A stretch of DNA of 64,000 bases from a bacterium (GTDB taxonomy: Bacteria > UBA8248). The stretch lies in assembly GCA_965219955.1 (NCBI GenBank), contig OZ244799.1, positions 2,752,001 through 2,816,000 on the forward strand, read 5' to 3'. Each line of letters starts with the position of its first letter. The stretch's first letter is position 1. Below are positions 1 through 9,143 of this stretch, piece after piece. A program made the translations under genes and the position numbers. A model generated the notes under the pieces. That model saw only the letters and a list, made by a program, of their open reading frames with translations, did no database searches and was not told where the DNA came from.

Positions 1-281
1 GAGATGGCGGCCAGTCCGTGGTGGCGCATGAACTCGGGGCTCCGGTAGTTCCGGCCGTCCGAAGCGGCGGGGACGCCGAGATCCGTGGAGCGGAACGCGA
101 GGGCGACCGGATTCGAGCCGGCAGGCGCCGGCGGGCGGACGCCGGGCGGGTCGACACCGGGCGTCTCCATGCCGATCAGGCCACCGCCGCAGCCGAGCAT
201 CGCGAGATGGAACAAGGCCAGAAGCAGCAAACACGGCGCGAACCGAAGGACCTCCCGCGGGTGGCGGGGCGGGCCGTTCAC
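1..281 (-). CDS. Partial lipoprotein running off the left edge, possibly the N-terminus of an S8 peptidase
   Basis: Manual translation from GTG at 281: MNGPPRHPREVLRFAPCLLLLALFHLAMLGC-GGG... It has a hydrophobic signal with lipobox LGC, a Pro-rich linker, then YRSPEFMRHHGLAAI, which resembles subtilase N-termini. Not in the ORF track because it is truncated. Confidence 0.45.
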   Translation of the reverse strand, partial: MNGPPRHPREVLRFAPCLLLLALFHLAMLGCGGGLIGMETPGVDPPGVRPPAPAGSNPVALAFRSTDLGVPAASDGRNYRSPEFMRHHGLAAI

Positions 282-774
282 GGAATCCGCCGCGGGGCGG
301 TTTTCGCGTGAACGCCACAAGGTGGCGGCAAGGCCGGCGTAGCTCACTCCGCGACCTCCTGCGCAAGATACATGGCCGACTCTCATGAAGCCTTGGGCGT
401 GCTCATGACTGAACGTTCGGTAGAAATGCGTTTGCCGGCAGCGGAAATGATTGTAGCAAAACCCTGTATCTTTTTTGTGTCTTCCCGGTTGATTTGGATA
501 TTTTTATCGTGCAGTTCCGGGTTTTTCGCCGTAACGGCAGGTCCCAATAAGCGCGAGCGATGAAGAGAAACGACAAAACCGGGGCGCGCGGAAATATGAC
601 AAAAAATTTCCGTAGCGTGCCTCACCCGGCCCCAAGTGCCGGGGCGTTCATCGCGCGCCTTGCCCAAGCCCCGCGCCGGCGAGAGGCCGAGGCGGGTTGT
701 CAGGAGGCGGCGGAAGGGCGTCCGGGAGAGGACGTGCTCCGCCTTCCCGACCACCCACAGCAAGGAGGCGCGCG

Positions 775-1089
775 ATGCGGACGACCATGCGAGAGTCGAA
801 CACCTTCCTCACCCACACCTTCGGCCGGGGGCTCGAAGACGAGCGATACGCCGTGGAACGGTTCAAGTCCACGATGGACGGCGAGATCCGTCCCATTCCC
901 GCTGCGGAAGCGAAGACCGGGAGCCGGCGCAGGACGAAGAGAGCTACGGCCACCCGGAAAGCCGTCCGGGAGATGCGGCCCGCACGGGACGAGATCATCG
1001 TCTGCACGGGCCTGCGCACCAGGGACAGCGGAGTCCAGTATTGGGGCGTTTTTTCGATCGGCCTTTTTGCCCAAAGCAGTCGGCGCTGA
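775..1089 (+). CDS. Conserved hypothetical backbone protein (104 aa)
   Basis: AAGGAGG RBS before ATG 775. Clear homolog at 27295-27591 (shared TFLTH, DERY, AVREMRPA, IVCTGL). Confidence 0.75.
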   Translation: MRTTMRESNTFLTHTFGRGLEDERYAVERFKSTMDGEIRPIPAAEAKTGSRRRTKRATATRKAVREMRPARDEIIVCTGLRTRDSGVQYWGVFSIGLFAQSSRR

Positions 1090-1104
1090 GGGGAGGAGAG
1101 ACCG

Positions 1105-1917
1105 ATGCCCTACAAGGACCCCGAGGAGGGACGCAGGAAAGAGCGCGAACGCCACCGCCGGCGCGCCGCCGAACGCCGTGCGCTTGGCATGTGCCCCAAA
1201 TGCGGAAAACATCCTCCCGCGCCCGGGCGAAGCATGTGCGAACCCTGCCTCGAGAGGGGGCGGGCCGCCGAGCGCGCCCGCTACGCGAGAGGCAAGGCCG
1301 CCGGAGACCCCTACGGGGGGAAGAACCCCGAGGGACGACGCCGCATGGCGCGGGAGAGGAGTAAACGTCGCAGGCGCGAACGCAAGGCGGCCGGCCTCTG
1401 CACGGCCTGCGGAGAGCGTCCCCCGGTCGAGGGAGGCGCCGTATGTGAGACCTGCCGGGAGGCGAGGCGCGCTGAAGAGAGGAAACTCTACGCCGCCAGG
1501 AGAGCGAAAGGGCTGTGCGGCCGTTGCGGGAGGCCGACGTTCGCAGGCGCCGCGCAATGTGGTCCGTGCGCCGCGCTCGGGGAGGGACGCGCTCCGAAGA
1601 AGAACGCCGCGAGCCGGGCGCGTTACGCAAAAAGGCGCGCCGGCCGGCTTTGTGTCGACTGCGGCGAACACGCAGGCGTAGCGGCGAGGTGCGAACCATG
1701 CGCCAGGCGATCATATCTCTCCTCGGGCGAGCACAAGGGACTGCCCCTCTACCCGCCGCGCTACACCGTTATAGAGCTCGCCACGGGCGAGGAGCACGGC
1801 CCCTGGGACTCCTGGGAGGAGGTCGCGATGTGCCTCGCCTTCGAGAAGCTCTCCCGCGAGGAGGTGGAAATCATCGAGGACGCATCGGTGATGGCAACTC
1901 TTAGTGCCTGGGCGTGA
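1105..1917 (+). CDS. Poly-zinc-finger protein (4 x CxxC...CxxC) with basic linkers and acidic C-terminal domain
   Basis: CPKC/CEPC, CTAC/CETC, CGRC/CGPC, CVDC/CEPC. GGAG RBS. Homolog at 26409-27218. Confidence 0.8.
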   Translation: MPYKDPEEGRRKERERHRRRAAERRALGMCPKCGKHPPAPGRSMCEPCLERGRAAERARYARGKAAGDPYGGKNPEGRRRMARERSKRRRRERKAAGLCTACGERPPVEGGAVCETCREARRAEERKLYAARRAKGLCGRCGRPTFAGAAQCGPCAALGEGRAPKKNAASRARYAKRRAGRLCVDCGEHAGVAARCEPCARRSYLSSGEHKGLPLYPPRYTVIELATGEEHGPWDSWEEVAMCLAFEKLSREEVEIIEDASVMATLSAWA

Positions 1918-2007
1918 GTGCGGGCGGCCGCGCCTGCACGTGCAGCCGGCCCGTATACGTCTGGCAGGGGTAGGGATAGCGCCGCCCTGCTGCGCAGCCG
2001 GCCGGTT

Positions 2008-2367
2008 TCAGTCCGGCACGGGGAGCCACCACCACAACAGCCAGGCCGGGAGGCTGAGAACGAACGCCCAGGCGGCTATCGCGAGCGGGCCGGGGAGTCC
2101 CGCCACCATGGGCGCCGTTACCGCTCCAAGTCCTGCCCACGTCGCCCAGGCGGCGCGGCGCCAACCCAGCCGCCATATCTGCCGGCAAGCCAGGGCGAGG
2201 GGTAACCCGCACGGCGCCAGGGACGCCGCCGACTCCGGGAACATCGGCGTCCAGGCCTCGGGCGCCGTCCAGAAGAGTACGGCGGCGGTCACGAACACCC
2301 CGAACGGCAGCCACAGGAGCGCCGGCACCCAGAAGCCGCACCGCCTGATGCCTCTGCTGTTGTCCAT
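2008..2367 (-). CDS. Small multi-pass membrane protein
   Basis: Hydrophobic and Trp-rich. PALLWLP, CGLPLALACR and SLPAW motifs are shared with the ORF at 25853-26308. Confidence 0.6.
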   Translation of the reverse strand: MDNSRGIRRCGFWVPALLWLPFGVFVTAAVLFWTAPEAWTPMFPESAASLAPCGLPLALACRQIWRLGWRRAAWATWAGLGAVTAPMVAGLPGPLAIAAWAFVLSLPAWLLWWWLPVPD

Positions 2368-2553
2368 GTCCCATCTGACCCGAATTCCGGAGCGGGCGCA
2401 AGACCGGGCGCGGTATGTGGACGGTCCTCACCGGATGAAGACCTCGACCGCAGAGGAAGAGCGAAGCGGGGAGCCGGGCAAAGGCCCGGCAGGGGAGAGG
2501 GAGACGGTCTCCAGCTCCCGCCGCCGGCGACAACCCCGACAGGAGGCTTGGCC

Positions 2554-2685
2554 ATGTACGAGAACGACTTCGACGTCGATGTTCCCACCACGGACGAACT
2601 GCTCTCAGAACTCGGACTCGATGCGTACACGATCCGCAAGATTCGCGACGAGACGGGGGGCGAGGAGGAGTTTTGTAGCGTGTAG
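2554..2685 (+). CDS. 43-aa acidic peptide upstream of ssb
   Basis: AGGAGG RBS; MYENDFDVDVPTTDELLSELGLDAYTIRKIRDETGGEEEFCSV. Frame is conserved in the second copy (25521-25646), which differs by an in-frame 6-nt indel. Confidence 0.75.
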   Translation: MYENDFDVDVPTTDELLSELGLDAYTIRKIRDETGGEEEFCSV

Positions 2686-2765
2686 GGCGAACCGGGGGGG
2701 GGTGGAGAGAAAGGCTCTCTCCCTCCCATCACTTTTTCACACTCACACCACGAAGGAGAATCATC

Positions 2766-2987
2766 ATGGCATTCGGACTCAACAGAGCGGAACTGATCGG
2801 GCGCTTAGGCGCCGACGTCACCATCAACCACCTGACCAGCGGCGGTCGTGTCGCCAACCTCTCGATCGCGACTGATGAGGGCTACGTCGACAAGCAGAGC
2901 GGCGAGCGGGTGGACAAGACCGAGTGGCACCGGGTCGTCACCTTCCAGCCCGGGCTGGTGGACATGTTTGAGAAACATATTTTATAA
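2766..2987 (+). pseudogene. ssb: 5' half of ssb, interrupted by integration of the inner element
   Basis: OB-fold N-terminus (NRAELIGRLGAD...TEWHRVV). Similarity to the intact ssb stops at DMFEKH, exactly at the direct repeat. Confidence 0.92.
2962..2974 (+). repeat. attL core ACATGTTTGAGAA
   Basis: Identical 13-mer at 34566-34578, extending to 15/16 matches. GC-rich to AT-rich junction next to the integrase. Confidence 0.88.
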
Positions 2988-3131
2988 TGACCGACTATCG
3001 TACCCCTACATACTACCGGAACGACAATACTCCCAATATTTCATTTATTTACAAGAATATCCGTATCGCCATCCACTGACATTCCTCTCTTCTCCTACCC
3101 TGTGGTTTGTTTTTATGTGTTGATATTCGTG

Positions 3132-3160
3132 TTGCCATTATTGATTCACGCTGCTATAGT
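3132..3160 (+). promoter_or_regulatory. Sigma70-type promoter for the integrase (likely near-leaderless transcript)
   Basis: TTGCCA-N17-TATAGT with extended -10 TG; ATG 7 nt downstream. Confidence 0.55.
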
Positions 3161-3167
3161 CCAGGAT

Positions 3168-4403
3168 ATGGAAAACAACACTGGAAAACGCATCGCCAGG
3201 GTCAGGACGACGCTCACGAAGCGCACCGTCGAGGCGCTAAAGCCCGAAGACAAATCCTGGATCGCCTGGGACGAGAAGCTTACGGGTTTCGGCGTCCGCG
3301 TCCAGCCCTCGGGTACGAAGTCGTTCATCGTCAACTACCGCACAGGCGAAGGCGGCCGCAAGGCGCCCAACAAGCGGGTGGTGATCGGACGCTACGGCCG
3401 CATCGCCCCCGACCGGGCCCGGCGTCTGGCCCAGGACCTGCTCGGACGCGTCGCCCGGGGCGAGGACCCCGCCGGTGAGCGGGCAGACGCCCGAGGCGTC
3501 CCCACCCTGGCCCGGGCCTTCGAGGTCTACATGGCGGCGAATCCCGACCGCGCGGAAAATACCGTCAGGCTCTACCGACAGAACCTCCGGGTCAACCTCT
3601 CCGACTGGCTCAAACGCTCGCTCGACGCCATTACCCGCCAGGACGTGGAGGATCGCTTCAATCTCATCACGACCAAACACGGCTGGTCGGCGGCCAACCA
3701 GACGCTCTCGATGCTGCGCTCGATCTACCGTCGACCCTGCGTCGATTTTGAGGGATTGCGCAACCCGGTCGACCTGTGGCTGGCGGCCGGCGGGCGCTTC
3801 CACCGGAAGCGGAGGCGGCGGATATCGAGCCCGGCAGAGGTACTGCCCCGCTGGCGCTCAGGGATAGAGGCCGCCGGCCTCGAGCCCGAGATCCGCGACA
3901 TCTTCCTGATCGGGGTCTACACCGGCATGCGCCGGGGCGAGATCGTATCCCTGCGCCGGGAGCAGGTGGACATGGAGCGGCGCATCCTCAGGGTCGAGGA
4001 GACCAAGACCGGAGAGCCGCTGGAGCTTCCGATCACCCGGCAGCTCACCGCCATCCTCGAACGGCGCCTCGCGGATGGCGCGGAACCGGCGGCGCGGCAG
4101 GAAGGCTGGGTGTTTCCCTCCCCCAGGAGCGGGGCCGGACACGTGGCGGACCTTGCGCGTTTCTATAGCGAGATTTCAGAAAAAGGAGGAACCCGGTTCT
4201 GGTTCCACGGACTGCGCAACGCCTTCATCACGGTGGCGGAGCGCGAACTCATGCTGTCGCGCTCGCTCACGAAGCGACTCGTGAACCATGCCCGGCCTCA
4301 GGATGTGACCGAGGGCTATGCCGCCGACTGGAGCGTCGGGCAGCTTCGCGAACCCGCGCAACGCATCGCCGACCGCATCGACGAGCTGATGCGGGGAACG
4401 TGA
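3168..4403 (+). CDS. Tyrosine recombinase/integrase with N-terminal arm-binding domain (P4-like)
   Basis: Arm domain WD..LTGFGVRV.PSG.KSF. Catalytic residues in TGMRRGE (R), TKT (K), HGLR, VNH and EGY (Y). Confidence 0.93.
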   Translation: MENNTGKRIARVRTTLTKRTVEALKPEDKSWIAWDEKLTGFGVRVQPSGTKSFIVNYRTGEGGRKAPNKRVVIGRYGRIAPDRARRLAQDLLGRVARGEDPAGERADARGVPTLARAFEVYMAANPDRAENTVRLYRQNLRVNLSDWLKRSLDAITRQDVEDRFNLITTKHGWSAANQTLSMLRSIYRRPCVDFEGLRNPVDLWLAAGGRFHRKRRRRISSPAEVLPRWRSGIEAAGLEPEIRDIFLIGVYTGMRRGEIVSLRREQVDMERRILRVEETKTGEPLELPITRQLTAILERRLADGAEPAARQEGWVFPSPRSGAGHVADLARFYSEISEKGGTRFWFHGLRNAFITVAERELMLSRSLTKRLVNHARPQDVTEGYAADWSVGQLREPAQRIADRIDELMRGT

Positions 4404-4419
4404 CGGTGACTTGCAAAGT

Positions 4420-4480
4420 GAAACGGGCAGGAGGGACGCTGGATTCACGATGTTCATACAACGAATCTGTCAGTAGCTCC
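4420..4480 (+). repeat. IS256-like end scar, copy 1
   Basis: GAAACGGGCAGGAGGGACGCTGGATTCA...CAGTAGCTCC aligns without gaps to 18703-18763. Confidence 0.5.
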
Positions 4481-4742
4481 ATCGCTACATCTGGGGCCAG
4501 TAGTCATTTTACAAGGCCCTTTTTGGGGGACTTATATACTATAGTGCCCAAAACTCTTAGTGCCTGAAACTACTGAATTTATTTATTCAGAAGAATCTTC
4601 ATTACGAATTTTTTAGAACTTAGTGGTGGGATATTGCTTGTGCTTCTTAGCTGTACTGCTCCAAGGGCAACGAGACAGCTGATTAGGGGATTTTGAATTA
4701 ATCAGACCGGAATAGAGGAAACAATTCTCTATTTATGGTCAC

Positions 4743-6170
4743 CTAGAGATTCTTGCTCTCAAGGAATTCTGCGAAGATTTCCTCAGGTGTAGAAATCAAC
4801 TGTAGTGCCTCTTTAGTAAGTTCATCGAATGAAACGGGAAGAGAATCGATGTCGATATCGCCATCACGAAGGGGAAGTTGCTTGATCCATTCTACTAACT
4901 TTTTGACGTTGTGTTCACGGCTGAAAGTCCGCAGTTCAGCGATAGCTGTTTCACGATTTCCCCGTATCCAAGCAGTAAGTTTTTTCTCAATTGCCTCTCG
5001 TCTGCAACGGTGAATACTCGCACATGAGTCCAAGTAGTCTGTTGTATTGGCAGAATATAACTCTACTTGAGGAGCCACATGTAATAGAGTCGATGGAACC
5101 GATTTAACTTTGGGATCGACAATCACTAGATGGCGCTTATTGCTGAATTCCAGCCACTCACGCATTATTTTATTGATATGGTCGTCACGAAATCCATAAC
5201 CAATGCAAATCAATTTCTGTATGTAATTGATGTAAGAGCGGAAGTGCTCCAATAAACGAACCGGGAGAACTTGAGTGTGCCTAGAATCGAACTTGAAAGC
5301 ACCCGCCAAAAGTGAGCGACGAAGAAATTGCATTTCACCCGCTTGGTCTGCATACACGATTTCGTTTGTTGCCTTCAACGGCATTTGAGGTTCATAAAGA
5401 AGTTCCTCGTTGGTAGCTCGAAGCGCATTTAACATACCCTCGGCTCCATCGCCTAGAGGTAAAATCTTCAAAAGATCTTTGCCATCGCGAAATGTGAAAA
5501 TATCCAGCGCACCATGAATCTTTAAGAGGTTTATGCCAGGAGTGCCGTGTTGAAAAAATGGCATCGCGGATGATTCGAGATGATCACCTGGAAGTACCTC
5601 TCCCTTTAAATGTCCTATGACTGTGCCTTGTTGGTTTCTAAGAGGAAGTGCCACGACTTCGTCCGTAAATCCCGAACTTAATGGAATGCCTATCCTACTC
5701 GCTATGCATTCAATAATGATGTCGTGGTTGAGTGAGAAAATCCATAATGGATTGTTCTGCTCTACAAGTACGGACAATCCATCATAATAATTGAGGTTTC
5801 GCTGGATATAGTCGGCATTATTGATGTGACTTAAATAGAGTATGTAATACACCATTTCCACCAACCACGAATACAATCCATGGTATTGCTGCGATATAGA
5901 ATTCGAGCAACGTTTGAACTGCACCTCAAGATACCCTAGTAGGCTTTCGTAATGTTGGTCAGACCTTGTTAGCACAGAAGCGAAATCATCAATGATATCG
6001 TCGGGATATCCTCCACCTTGCGAGCGCCATGACTGATTCAATTGCCGCAATTTTTTAGGAGTCAACCATTTTGTTAATTCAGAAGTTAGCTCATGAGTTA
6101 GGGGCATTCCAGCTTCGTAAGATGCACCTGCTCCAATGAAAAGTCCTGTGAGGTTTTGTGATCCTGCCAT
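4743..6170 (-). CDS. SIR2-like (SIR2_2) domain protein, putative defence NADase
   Basis: FIGAGAS, FSLNHD, LLKIHG and IGYGFRDDHIN motifs. AT-rich relative to the backbone. Confidence 0.8.
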   Translation of the reverse strand: MAGSQNLTGLFIGAGASYEAGMPLTHELTSELTKWLTPKKLRQLNQSWRSQGGGYPDDIIDDFASVLTRSDQHYESLLGYLEVQFKRCSNSISQQYHGLYSWLVEMVYYILYLSHINNADYIQRNLNYYDGLSVLVEQNNPLWIFSLNHDIIIECIASRIGIPLSSGFTDEVVALPLRNQQGTVIGHLKGEVLPGDHLESSAMPFFQHGTPGINLLKIHGALDIFTFRDGKDLLKILPLGDGAEGMLNALRATNEELLYEPQMPLKATNEIVYADQAGEMQFLRRSLLAGAFKFDSRHTQVLPVRLLEHFRSYINYIQKLICIGYGFRDDHINKIMREWLEFSNKRHLVIVDPKVKSVPSTLLHVAPQVELYSANTTDYLDSCASIHRCRREAIEKKLTAWIRGNRETAIAELRTFSREHNVKKLVEWIKQLPLRDGDIDIDSLPVSFDELTKEALQLISTPEEIFAEFLESKNL

Positions 6171-6591
6171 AGTTTGTTGACCTCAGCCTGGGCTTGAGAT
6201 TTAAGACGATACCAGTGTTATCCCGAATTCTATAAAATCTAAAGCATGTGCTGATTTAGTTTCTATCGTGCAAAAGGAGTCGATTGACACTCCAAGTTAA
6301 TCTCGACTGGAATGGTATAAATTCGGTCTGAAGAACTATTTTACTCTAAGCACATCTAGACAATCTTATACCACTCTTGCAATCCCAATTAACTTGACAA
6401 GTTTAATCTCCACCTCCATCATTTCTCACTTAACCCGCTCTCGATCTCATCCCATCACTCGATTCGTCCGGCAATAGCCATTTTGCCCGGAACCGTTGTT
6501 CGGCAAGACTCGGTCTGGGCTCCGGCAATACAAGAAACTCCGAATCAAAGAAATTAGTCCCGCTTGAGCCGGATTGCTTCTCTCTCGTCTA

Positions 6592-6860
6592 CTTCCATCG
6601 CGTTTTCTAACATTTTTTGTCACACCCCTGCGCGCTGGAGCGCAAGTGTGAGCGTGTCTGGAAAAATTGCGCCGGAAACGGCCTATTAAAACTGTTGCCA
6701 GCGAGGTATTTTCGTATTATATTCGTATATATGAACGCGCTTAAAAGCTATGCCGGGACCACCCTGGCCTGTCAATCGAGATGAAACATTGAGACTTGGC
6801 TCGCACGCCGTCCGGCATCGTCGCCGGGGATCGGTTGGCTAAACGCGTCTCCACTCCACC
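6592..6860 (+). promoter_or_regulatory. Conserved traD upstream region with promoter
   Basis: TTGCCA(6695)-N17-TATATT(6718) overlapped by TTCGTA direct repeats 11 bp apart. Region conserved at ~57760-58025 on the minus strand. Confidence 0.55.
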
Positions 6861-7025
6861 CAAGGGAGGCCGGAAGTGACACCATGAGAAAAAATCACAG
6901 GTATCACCATAACAGCCGTGCTCTTTCCCGCCACGCGCGTACGTGTTCTCCGGGACGGATAGCTTCCTACGAGGCCATGACGACTGCGGCGTCACCATGC
7001 ATACAGTATGAAAAAGGAGAACCGG

Positions 7026-9143
7026 ATGACCATCGGAAACGCCACCTTGCGCGGCGGCCAGACGCTCCTGCACGACGCCCGCATGTGGGGCCAGCTGGCC
7101 CGCTGGGGCATCGTGGGTCTCGTACTCGCCATCGTCCTGACGCCTGCCGTCAGCGTCCTGAGGTCGACGAGCACGCACGAGTGGCGCGTCGTGGGGCTCG
7201 GCACGCTGGCCGAGGCCAAGCTCGCGATCGGCTATTCCCCCGATTCGGGCCAGGTGTACGAGTGGGGCGCGGGCGTGCGGACCGTGGAGCGGATATCTCT
7301 CATCGCAAGCGATCCCAGGATCGAGCGGATCAGGAGGCGCCTGCTCGATACTATCTATAAAAAGGCGTGGCTGGGCCTCTGGCTCGGCCTGGGCGGCGTG
7401 GCCCTGTTCGCCTTCTTCTTCTGGCTGCTGGGCAGGCGAATGGCGAGGGCGCACCGGGTGCGGGGTGCGGAGATGACGTCGGCGCAGGCGCTCGGGAGGC
7501 GCGTCCGGCCCCTCTCCTCCCGCCTGGCGGAGAAGTTCTTCCAGAAGGCGCGCAAGTCCAGGCCCCGTATCGCGGGCGTCCCCTGGCCCGAGCGCGCCGA
7601 GACCCAGCACACCATCGTCTCGGGCACCACGGGCTCGGGCAAGACCGTCCTGATCTCGGACCTGGTCGCGCAGATCAGGGAACGGGGCGAGCGCTGCATC
7701 CTCTACGACAAGATGGGGAGCTACACGCGGGCGTTCTTCGACCCCGCCCGCGACGTCCTGATGAATCCCCTCGACGCCCGGGCGCCGCGCTGGTCCCCCT
7801 TCCTGGAAGCCAGGACGCCCAGGGACTTCGACACGATGGCGGCGGCCCTGATACCCCAGCAGAAGGACACGGTGGACCCCTTCTGGGTCACGGCCGCGCG
7901 GCAGCTGTTCGCGAACGGCGCGGGCGTCCTGTGGAAGCGCGGCGTGAGGGAGAACCGGATACTCGTCGAGCACCTGCTCAAGACCGAACTCACCTCCCTG
8001 GCCGAGGCCATGGAGGGCACGGTGGCGCAGTCCATCGTGGACCCCGAGAACCCCAAGACGGCGCTCTCGGTGCGCGCCATGCTGACCGCGCACCTGGGCG
8101 CGCTCGAGTGCCTGCCCGACTCGGGAAAACCCTTCTCGATAAGGGAGTGGGTGGAGCGCGAGGACGAGACCGGCTTCTTGTTCCTGACCTCGCGCGGGGA
8201 CCAGCACGCGAGCCTCCGGGGCCTCATCTCGACCTGGCTAGAGATCGCCGTGAACGCGCTCTTATCCCTCGGCCGGGACGACGCGCGCAGGATATGGATT
8301 GTGCTGGACGAGCTTCCCACCCTCCACCAGGTGCCGAGCCTGCAGCCCGGTCTCGCCGAATCACGCCAGTTCGGGGGGTGCTTCGTGCTGGGTATCCAGG
8401 TGATATCGGCCCTTCGCGACCTCTATGGGCGAAACGGGGCCGAGACCGTATCGGGCCTGTGCGGCACCCGGGTGGTGCTGGCCGCGCCCGACCAGGAGAC
8501 GGCGCGCTGGTCGGCCGAGAGCCTCGGGCGCGGAGAGGTCACAGAATACGCGGAGGGCCTGAGCTACGGCGCGAGCGCCATGCGCGACGGCGTCTCGCTC
8601 ACGCAGCGCCGCGAGATGCGGCCCCTCGCCCTGCCTTCCGAGATCATGCGCCTGGAAAACCTGCACGGCTACCTCAAGTTCCCCGGTCCCTGGCCGGTGG
8701 CCAGGGTAGAGCTCGACTACGTCGGGAGACCCGAGGCGGCTGCGGGTTTTATTCCGCGCGAGGGCGTGAAGCTCATCGATACGGAAGAAATGAACGCCGC
8801 TCCGCCCAAGACCAAAAATGGCGCGGGAACCGAAGCGCCCGGGACCGTGGACGCTCCCGCCGATAAAGAGAGAGGTGCGGCCGGCGAGGCGGCGAACCGG
8901 CGGGAACCCGAATCGCCCGGCGATACGACCGCATCCGGTGAAGCGGAGGCTAAGTGTGAACGACCCGCTCCGCCGCCGGACGCAGGCCTGGCAGAACCCG
9001 AGCAAACCTCCGAGAAATCCGTGGCGCCGCAACCCGCGGTCCACTCCGCGGATGGGGATGACGCCGGTGCGGCCGATGACGATGAGCAAAACCGGGGCGA
9101 AGACGGCGAAGAGGCCGGGTCCCGAACGCCGGACTGGTTGTGA
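7026..9143 (+). CDS. traD: Type IV coupling protein, TraD/TrwB family
   Basis: N-terminal GGQ motif, two TM segments, Walker A SGTTGSGKT, Walker B LDELP, acidic low-complexity tail. Alternative start at 7008. Confidence 0.92.
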   Translation: MTIGNATLRGGQTLLHDARMWGQLARWGIVGLVLAIVLTPAVSVLRSTSTHEWRVVGLGTLAEAKLAIGYSPDSGQVYEWGAGVRTVERISLIASDPRIERIRRRLLDTIYKKAWLGLWLGLGGVALFAFFFWLLGRRMARAHRVRGAEMTSAQALGRRVRPLSSRLAEKFFQKARKSRPRIAGVPWPERAETQHTIVSGTTGSGKTVLISDLVAQIRERGERCILYDKMGSYTRAFFDPARDVLMNPLDARAPRWSPFLEARTPRDFDTMAAALIPQQKDTVDPFWVTAARQLFANGAGVLWKRGVRENRILVEHLLKTELTSLAEAMEGTVAQSIVDPENPKTALSVRAMLTAHLGALECLPDSGKPFSIREWVEREDETGFLFLTSRGDQHASLRGLISTWLEIAVNALLSLGRDDARRIWIVLDELPTLHQVPSLQPGLAESRQFGGCFVLGIQVISALRDLYGRNGAETVSGLCGTRVVLAAPDQETARWSAESLGRGEVTEYAEGLSYGASAMRDGVSLTQRREMRPLALPSEIMRLENLHGYLKFPGPWPVARVELDYVGRPEAAAGFIPREGVKLIDTEEMNAAPPKTKNGAGTEAPGTVDAPADKERGAAGEAANRREPESPGDTTASGEAEAKCERPAPPPDAGLAEPEQTSEKSVAPQPAVHSADGDDAGAADDDEQNRGEDGEEAGSRTPDWL

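Noticed and set aside
560-2875. Long alternative-frame ORFs (560-1681, 700-1671, 1904-2875)
   Set aside because: Shadow ORFs of GC-rich DNA, Arg/Pro/Ala-rich and overlapping genes with RBS and conserved paralogs.
6709-6736. Possible LexA/SOS box at the traD promoter
   Set aside because: The TTCGTA direct repeat does not match a LexA consensus I can support; kept only as a generic operator candidate.
6592-6900. Conserved region upstream of traD as the oriT
   Set aside because: No MOBF nic-like motif seen; promoter-like boxes explain it, and a better nic match lies next to the RHH gene.
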